Assembly: GCA_032718475.1 (NCBI GenBank)
Contig: JAUCBJ010002493.1
Location: 1 to 44,361 of the forward strand
Source of the DNA: Nemertoderma westbladi
Lineage: Eukaryota; Animalia; Xenacoelomorpha
Reading direction: 5' to 3'
DNA: 44,361 nucleotides
Both the position numbers and the translations under genes were made by a program. The notes under the pieces were generated by a model that did not search any database, had not been told where the DNA came from, and saw only the letters and a program-made list of their open reading frames with translations. Below are positions 35,986 to 44,361 of the stretch, in pieces (position 1 is the first letter of the stretch; each line of letters begins with the position of its first letter).

Positions 35986-36753
35986 TATATAGTTATAGTA
36001 AAACCATTTAGAATTAGATCTCGAAGGCTGTTAATCATACGTTCTGTGACAGTGATTGTGTGGATGAGTTCACGTGTCGTATCACGTGTCGATGTTTATG
36101 ATTCGCCGAATGTAATGAACAAGTATGATAGAACCATTATGCTGTGCAAACTATCTGAAGGAGAAATTATTGGTATCTTAGAAAGTGTCATTGGATTTAT
36201 CATTCCCACAATCATCATGATTGTTCTCTACAGAAAAATATTACAATCTTTTACTATCGATAAATAAAGTGTTGTCTACATCGAGTATGACATCTCTAAA
36301 AGGGAAACATAATTCCAAACAAATCAGAGATCGAAGGCTAATAATTGTTAAATTGGTTGTGATTCTGTTATGTTTTGTTTTGTGCTGGCTTCCAAGACAC
36401 ATATTTCTGCTCATTTTGATCTTCAGCACCATTAATGATCCTGAAATTGTGCTTTGGTTAAGTATTTGTAATACTTTCTTGGCGTTTTTATCCAGCGGTT
36501 AAATTCCAATTATATATATATAAAATATCGGACTATCTCCAGGGTTTCGAAATGGGCTACAAAATCTTGTGATCTGCCATTGCATTGGTGGAAATAGAAT
36601 GTTCTCCGTAAACGACAAACCACTTCCCTGATTGTTGGTGTCGATGACATGGAGGGAATTGCACATAAACAACAACAATCCACACTAGGGAATAAGTCCA
36701 CGGTGGCATCATAACGAACTGAAGTAGAACTCATATCTTTCAAATTTATATAA
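35986..36753 (+). pseudogene. GPCR paralogue 3, 5'-truncated pseudogene
   Basis: Homologous from just after ERY (IVIVKPF) to ELISFKFI*. TM1-3 are absent, TM4 has a deletion, there is a frameshift at ~36250, a (TA)n expansion in NPIIY and internal stops. Confidence 0.9.
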
Positions 36754-38202
36754 TCTTAATCAACATTTATTAGCTATAAAAGGAAGGAACGACCTGCCAA
36801 TCAGGAAGGAGGTCATAATTTTTTGCATTTTCCGATATTATACACATAACAACAAGTTATGATTTTAAATCTCATTCCATATCTGGGTTATTTTAGATAC
36901 CGGTAATAATTTTTTATTTTAATCAAAATCTTCTTATGCAAAATCTCTTACCAACACGCCCCTTAAAACTGGGCAGCGGATTTATTATCCTGATAAAAAC
37001 GACCGAATTTACGTACAGTACTACTTAATAAAACGAGACCTTAGGAGTTATTAATTAGGAACCATACTGGTACAAAACTTTTGGTGAAGAGAAAAATACA
37101 GTTGCTGTGAATACTTTTATTATTATCATTATTCATTAATTTCAATGAGATTATGAAAATGTATATCATGGGGGGGGGGGGGGGGGATGCTGTTCCAAGA
37201 GCATTTCCAATTAGGATACCGGTACCTCTTGATTTAATTATTTTTGGTAATTTGGGTGAATGAGTTATTATTTACACTATTATTTCGTTCGCACGTTGAA
37301 AATTTCAAGGGCTTCTGTATCTTAAAAATAGGCCTAAACATAAGGCCTAACATAGGTGGAGTTCTGTAGGGTGGCCCGAGGGGGGTTCTAAGATGCAACA
37401 CCAAGTTGTATACGGGATTGGTCAAATGTACAGTACTGTAGTGCAAAATGGCGTCATCGGTACTCCATATACAGTAGGAGCTCGGGTTAACTGCACCGCT
37501 AGTAGACACACATGGATGGGGGGGGGGGGGTAGCTCACCATATCTAGAGTGTAGGTCTACAGGCCTAAAAATTTACTTCGAGAGCAGAATTTAATGAGGA
37601 TTTTAAATGTAAAATGCCTAAGAGCAATCTCTTTCAGTTTTATGCGGAGAATTCGGGACGCAGACAGAAAATATGATTTTTATAAATAGTTCCGAATTTT
37701 CCAGGTCCCAATTATGATCCTACAGTATATATATCCGTTTAGAATTATCCCTATCTCTTTGTCAATCGGTCTCGCCGTAAAAATGAAAGACAGTCAGATT
37801 AGTAGATTCCTCTAATGACAACGGAAATTAAATCAGCGACCACGAAAACACCCGAAAATATCATTTTCACTCGGTTAGTAGGGGGCGTCCTTCGTGCCAA
37901 ACATTATTAATCAACCAGATCATAGACGGACAGTTAATCAGATGGTCAGAGGCGTCGCGAGTGGGGGGGGGGATGTTCCCCCGGGCGCAATCATCCGGGG
38001 GCGCTGAAATGCCAGGCAAATAAATGTCAGGGTATTCTTGTAAAAATAAGACAAATCAGTAAAAATTCAGGGATTGTGATACAGTATATACAGGACATGT
38101 GTCATAAGCGAAAAATTTAAAAATTTTCTCTGCTCGATTCGCTCGCCATTCAATATATTATAAGTGCACTCTATCAAACTTGTGTATAATAGATTTGATA
38201 TA

Positions 38203-41200
38203 CACCATGTCCCGTAATATAGTGTCATTTACTGATGACACGCTACATGATGATGCATGCTACTGGTGACATGCTACTGATGGCACGATACACTTTTTTA
38301 AATAGCTTATAAAAAAAAATTTAACGCACGCTGAAAGCACATACCAAACAGGGTGACATGGTCGCTCTGGCAATGGAATATAACATCGACATCATCTGCA
38401 TCCAAGAACATCGGATTTGTCATGAAGACACTGCCATGAAGTACAATGACATTGGAAATGGATGGACGTTAGTAACATTAAGCTCAGCAGTAAGAAACTC
38501 GGCCAATGCATCAATTGGCGGAGTAGGAATTCTGCTAAGCCCATTTGCACTTAAGACCCTAAACAACATTGAATCTATAAATTCCAGGGTTATGATCGCA
38601 ACATTTGATGGGAATCCCAAGGCAACAGTTATATGTTGCTACAGTCCAACCAATGCCTCAGAGCCAGAACAAGCAGTCAAGTTTTATGAAGAACTGACAG
38701 GACTTATAAAGGACATTCCGAAACACAATGTTAAAGTCATTGCTGGTGACCTGAATGCCCAAATTGGCCCAGAAGACATCAAGGGTTACACCTATAACAC
38801 CAGTTCTAACAGAAATGGGTACTTACTTTTAGACCTAATGGAAGAATGTGAATTGATACCAACAAACAACACATTCGAAAAGAGTAAGGGGAAGCTATGG
38901 ACCTTTCAATACCCTAATGGAACCAAAGCACAACTGGATTACATCCTCATAAACAAAAAGTGGAGAAACAGCATGATCAACTGCAAGGCATACAGGTCGT
39001 TCAACCTAATTGGTTCGGACCACAGAATTGTGACTGCAGAGATCAGACTCAGTTTGAGAGCCAGCAAACCCAGGACAAGCAAGCAAATCAAATATGACTG
39101 GGAAAAACTCAGAACTGACAATGCTGTAAAGGATGCTTATACAGTAGAAGTTCAAAACCGCTTTGAAGCACTTCAGTCAATGGATGAAGACCAATCCACC
39201 AATTCAATATACCAGAATATAATAACAGCCCACAAGGAATCAGCTAAGAGGCATATCCCCCAGAAACCCAAACGAAAACAATATGTGCCATGGCAAAACT
39301 CTGAGGTTACTTGTAAGAGATAAGATCTTAAGATAGCCTACAAAGTTAAAACCGAACAACCAACAACTGAAAACATCAACAAGGTTGAGAAAGCTAAGGA
39401 CGATCTTAAATTGGCCTACAACATCAGCCAGGAAAAGTACATACAGGATAAAACTGAAGCAATTACAACTGCTCACATACAGCAACAATCAAGACTTACC
39501 TGGCAAACTGTAAATGAGGTATCTGGTCGGAAAAGTTGTGCAAAGGGGCGCCTCAAAGCCGATAGTCCTGAAGAACGTGTTGGGAAGTGGAAAAATCACT
39601 TCAGCAACTTGCTTGGGCAGCCACCAAACATCGAGGTCAGCCCTACAAGGAAAATATGTGACAAGACACTACCTATAGAAACAGGGGACTTCACACCTGC
39701 CGAACTCCAAAGAAGCATTAAAAGCATGTCCAATAATAAAGCGAGTGGATTAGATGAAATCCCAGCGGAGGTATGGAAAACCGGAATGCTAAACAGACCA
39801 TTATTGAATGTTTGCAACCGGATGTTAAAAGGGGAAAAGCCACCACCAATTTGGAATAAAGGTCAACTAAAGCCTCTCCCCAAGAAAGGAGACCTCGGCA
39901 TACCAACAAACTATCGTGGGATCTGTCTGCTTGTGGTAGCTGCCAAAATATACAATAAAATGATTCTATATAGGATTAGGCCTCGCATAGAGAAACTACT
40001 GCGTAAGAGCCAAAACGGATTTCGACCAAGTAGATCAACAATAGCTCAGATACTTGCACTACGGAGACTGATTGAAGGAATTAAGTCAAAGAATCTCCCC
40101 GCTGTAATGACTTTTGTGGACTTCAAGAAGGCATTCGACTCCATCCATAGAGGTAAAATGCTTGAAATCCTAAGAGCTTATGGAATACCAGAAGTAATTG
40201 TTGCTGGCATTGGATTGTTATATTGTGACACAGAAGCGCAAGTACTCTCACCAGATGGTGAAACTGAGTTTTTCTCAATCCTGGCTGGCGTACTGCAAGG
40301 TGACACATTAGCACCATTACTATTTGTAATTGTGCTGGATTACGCAATGAGGACGGCCACAAAGGGTGAAGACCTGGGATTCACACTTCAAGAACGCAGA
40401 AGTAGTAGATATCCGGCAACTACAGTCACAGACACCGTTTTTGCGGATGACATTGCCCTGCTCTCTAATACCCTAGCAGATGCACAGCTTCTACTAAATA
40501 AAGTGGAGAGGGCTGCTAAGGAGGTTGGATTGCATATAAATGCTACAAAGACCGAATTCATGACCTTTAATGTTGATGGAAACTTGACAACCATTGATAA
40601 TAATCAACTAAGGAAGGTCGATGACTTCCAGTACCTTGGATCATGGATAGAGAGTAGCAAAAAGGTCATAGAAGTTAGGAAAGCAAAGGCTTGGGTAGCT
40701 CTATCAAAAATGGATACCATCTGGAAATCAGATCTCTCCAGGCACCTGAAGACTAAGTTCTTTCGAGCCACAGTGGAAAGTGTATTTTTATATGGGGGTT
40801 AGACCTGGACACTGACTAAATCACTTGAACAACGAATTGATGGTTGCTACACAAGACTACTAAGGGCAGCCCTAAACATCAGCTGGAGACAACACATGAC
40901 AAACGCCGAGCTTTATGGTACAATACCACCTGTATCAACCACCCTCCGTGAACGCAGATTAAGATTCAGTGGGCACTGCTGGCGAAGTAAAGACGAGGTC
41001 ATACCAGATCTACTTTTCTGGCAACCAACTCATGGAAAGCGTAGTCGTGGACATCCGGCCATAACATATATAGATCAACTTGAAAGGGATACTGAACTTA
41101 GGAGAAACGAAATTGCGACAACTATGGAGAATCGGGAAGCCTGGAAGGATCTCATTTCCACTGTCCGAGTTCGCTCGACCTAGTAGTAGTAGTATAAAAA

Positions 41201-41368
41201 AAATTTAAAGGCAAATTCGAAAATTCCGGCTTCATGGGGTCAACGACGGTGAGTGGAACTAGTGGTATTTCAAATTTCAAGCAATATGATAAAGATTTGT
41301 AGAAAAATCTGGGGGGGGGGGGGGGGTCCGTGTCATCAGAAAATGACACTATATTACGGGACATGGTG
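38203..41368. mobile_element. Tc1/mariner-like MITE (expanded by an RTE insertion)
   Basis: ~40-bp TIR caccatgtcccgtaatatagtgtcattt.ctgatgacacg, with TA on both sides. Confidence 0.85.
38325..41192 (+). mobile_element. RTE-clade LINE, nearly complete ORF (APE endonuclease + RT), slightly 5'-truncated
   Basis: ICIQEHR, GGVG, YSPT, GDLNA, LDYIL, SDH; NYRGI, QNGFR, FVDFKKAFDSI, GVLQGDTLAP, FADD, YLGS. One frame with two stops (39321-23, 40800-02). (TAG)4 tail. TSD tat(a8-9)tttaa at 38308-38324 and 41193-41208. Confidence 0.95.
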
Positions 41369-42731
41369 TAGTTATATACTTTTAGTAAACTGTTTTTTAG
41401 ATGTTTTTTTTTAATATTATATTCTGTTATATAATCAGTCTGTTAATAATCAATGTATAATCAATCTGTTACATATTTCAGCTTCATTCCCCTGGGCGCC
41501 AGAAGGGCTCGCTACGCCTCTGCAGATGGTTAACCTTTGAAGGTAATTTGTCTCGGAATGACATTTTCAAATTACTACCTAATTAATCCTCCGCATGCCA
41601 TAAACAAAAAGATAAATTATACCTAAAAGTCATTAGATGGCGTTATTATTTGATTTTAGATTATTGACAAACCGGGGATAACCGTCCTGCTATTATTACT
41701 TACACACATTAGTAGTAAAACCTGGCACAGGTTACGTTTGTACGCCGTAATGTAGAGTTTAATGTACTGAAGGCTACGCATGCAGTAGTATCGGTACAGT
41801 CGATCTAATTCACTACTTTGTATACAGTTGTTAAATCGTATATTATTGTCATTATCTAATATTTATACAGTATTATATTAATTAACATGAACGCAGTTAA
41901 AATTAGGCTAAATATATGTCGGGGCTGAGGAACCGCTAGAAACCAAACTGGATAATTATCCCGCTAAAATAGCGCTAGCGGGTAAGGCAGGCCGGTAGCT
42001 CGGTAGGCTACAAACTTTTACAGCGATTACAGGATTATCCTGCTGTCCGGGATAGAGGGATATTCCCTCTACACTCTATCCCGGATTGGGTGGCACATCC
42101 CGCTATTAGCACGCTATTCGCAGAATATGTATTTGCTGGGTTTTTCGTGTGGGAGTGTGATATGTGGGGTGGGGTGGGGTAGGGCCATCAACCGTGGGGG
42201 GGGGGGGGGGGGGAATAAACAAGATTTACAGCCTACTAACACTGTAACAGCCTACTTACCTGCTTACAGTCTGTAAGTAGCAGTTTCTGAGTTTTTAGGA
42301 CTTCTAGGCATAATATTAGCAATTGAGGTGTCGTTTCGGCCTATTTTTACATATTAACTTAATTTCGCGAATATTTTATTTCGATATTCACCATTTAAGG
42401 TAGGTCTGTAGGTACCAGTACCTTTCAGCCTTTTAAGGAAAGTAGAAGATTATAATACCGGTAGCAGGCTTTTCTAACCAAAACAATAAACTAAATTTAG
42501 GAAAACAGTTTACAGTAAACATTTTTACTTCTATCTAGGCAACACTAACTGCAGTAGCTACAGCACTACCTTTTCAATATTAATTTAACATTAAACCCTA
42601 CAGCCCTATGAGAAGGCTGAAACGACACCCAAATTGGTAATTTGCCTTCTGTAGTACTACAGTACCTGAGATCCAGAGATTTATCTTCTGTGTTATCTTC
42701 CTGTGTAACTGTGGACTTTGGCGCGGCGATA

Positions 42732-43740
42732 ATGGCCTTAACCGGCATCTTTAACTTGAAAAATGCACACGTTTACATCTCAATTCTACTCTCCATATTT
42801 ACACTGCTCTATTCGCCGGTGTTGACATCGAGCGGGGACCGTCATCCTATATACCGCGAATGTCTCAACGAATGCCGCTCCGATAGCTGCACAACCCCGG
42901 CGGCTCTGCAACTCTACCGCGAAGAGAGATCGGCATTCGATCAGCTCATTCGATGGGAATGCACAGACGCGTGCCGGTACCAATGTATGTGGGTGACTGT
43001 AGCGGCTACCGCCACCGACCCCCAAAGTAAAATCCACCAGTTCCACGGTAAATGGCCGTTTATTCGAATGCTAGGGATGGAGGAACCCGCGTCCGTCGTC
43101 TTCTCCATACTGAACGCTCTCTCTGTCCTTATAGCCACCGTTTGGTTCGTTAAAGAGATCCCATCCAACGCGCCTTTCTACTGGGCATGGCGTCTATATC
43201 CCATCGTTCCTCTCAACGCATGGTTCTGGTCTGCAGTCTTCCACACCAGGGACTTACCATTTACAGAACGCATGGATTACGCATCTGCTGTCTCCCTCAT
43301 CTACTTTACTCTGTATATGAGCACAATACGTCTATTCTGGCAACACTACAGAACCGTTTGCGTTCTCATGAGCTCCCTAGTTTTACTCCAATTCAGTTTC
43401 CATATGTATTACATGTTCTTTGTTGCCTGGGACCACGCGTTTAACATTTTGGTCTGCGTTGCTACGGGTTTTACTAGCGCCGTACTCTGGCTGGCTTGGT
43501 GCGCTAGATCGGCGTACATCGCCGGACCGTCTCGCTATTACGTGTGGAAGGCCGCCGCCGTGTTGCTCTGGACACAGTGCGCCGTTCTGTTAGAGCTGAT
43601 GGATTTTCCCTCCCATTATGTGGACCTTGGACGCCCACAGCTTGTGGCACTTCGCCACTGTTCCCTGCCCCCTTGTATGGTTTAGTTTTGTTATTGATGA
43701 CACTCTCTATCTCATGAAACTCAAAAAGAAGAAAGCATGA
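42732..43740 (+). CDS. PGAP3: Post-GPI attachment to proteins factor 3 (Per1-like), intronless, with an apparent +1 frameshift at ~43608-43611
   Basis: Signal-like N-terminus, SSGD....YREC, W.C.D.C.YQCMW, QFHGKWPFIR.LG.EEPAS..FS.LN, NAWFWSAVFHTRD..FTERMDY. After removing one base: [21 protein letters not shown]...DD...KKKKA*. Confidence 0.92.
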
Positions 43741-44189
43741 AAAAATAATGTCTCAATCAGTGTGTCTTTGTTTTTCATTTCAGTTAATTGTTTGACATAT
43801 TTTCGTGTTGTGTATTTTTTTATTGTCTTTCATTTATATACTATATTTTTGTGTGTTTTTTACCCTCTAGTGGTTATCAATTAAATTCCTTATTTTGCTA
43901 TTTGACATTGACATTCTATTTTAATATATAACACAAAAATCAGCCAAAACACTTTCGTTTGCAATTATTTTTCTATCACGGACGGGGTGGCGCTATTAAA
44001 ATCCGATACTGTGGATAAGTGTTATTGATGTTATATATAAAAGGACCCTAAACCCTAAAATGGCCTCAATGGAACACGTCCCAAAACCCGTAATTATACT
44101 ATATTATAGTCATTAAAAACGATCCACATGAACTTAGTTAAATGTTAAATTTATTTCAAAAATTAAATTAACACGGAAGAGGATCGAAC

Positions 44190-44245
44190 GCTATCGAAAG
44201 AGGAGCCTTCGGGTCGCCTCCGTCTTTGGCCGACTGTTTGCTTGC
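44190..44245 (+). mobile_element. Short 3' tail copy of the SINE-like element at 652-786
   Basis: gctatcgaaagaggagccttcgggtcgcctccg.ctt.ggccgactgtttgcttgc, with 2 mismatches to 726-781. Confidence 0.7.
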
Positions 44246-44361
44246 TTTGCTTTGCTTTGCTTTGCTTTGCTTTGCTTTGCTTTGCTTTGCTTTGCTTTGC
44301 TTTGCTTTGCTTTGCTTTGCTTTGCTTTGCTTTGCTTTGCTTTGCTTTGCTTTGCTTTGCT
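44246..44361. repeat. (TTTGC)n microsatellite running off the window end
   Basis: Perfect pentanucleotide repeat, more than 20 copies. Confidence 0.98.

Larger units (their letters stand above)
37947..41522. mobile_element. hAT-like MITE (expanded by nested insertions)
   Basis: TIR CAGAGGCGT(C/A)GCGAG at both ends, 8-bp TSD CAGATGGT at 37939-37946 and 41523-41530. Confidence 0.88.

Noticed and set aside
38232-38242. CTGATGA motif in the mariner-like TIR
   Set aside because: No downstream GAAA or hammerhead stems.
42642-42731. N-terminal extension of PGAP3 from a TTG start
   Set aside because: In a eukaryotic context ATG 42732 precedes a signal-like hydrophobic stretch. The same logic applies to the TTG starts given for both GPCR ORFs.

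Overview
AT-rich eukaryotic DNA, most likely from an aquatic invertebrate (inferred from the GalEa-type copia element and the CRE, RTE and L2/CR1-group LINEs), and dominated by transposable elements. Host genes are two intact intronless rhodopsin-family GPCR paralogues (12367-13503 and 19115-20272), a third truncated GPCR pseudogene (~35986-36753), and an intronless PGAP3/Per1 gene (42732-43740) with one apparent +1 frameshift. The most notable non-coding feature is a ~600-bp element at 17567-18160. It has a 344-bp period and carries two type I hammerhead ribozymes in opposite orientations, resembling a retrozyme or a Penelope-like terminal repeat. A full-length GalEa-like Ty1/copia element (23387-28368) and two solo LTRs sit at the same site within a 27/16-bp two-unit satellite. 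There are also two multi-level nested transposon stacks with readable target-site duplications. All calls were made by eye from the sequence; no database searches were run.
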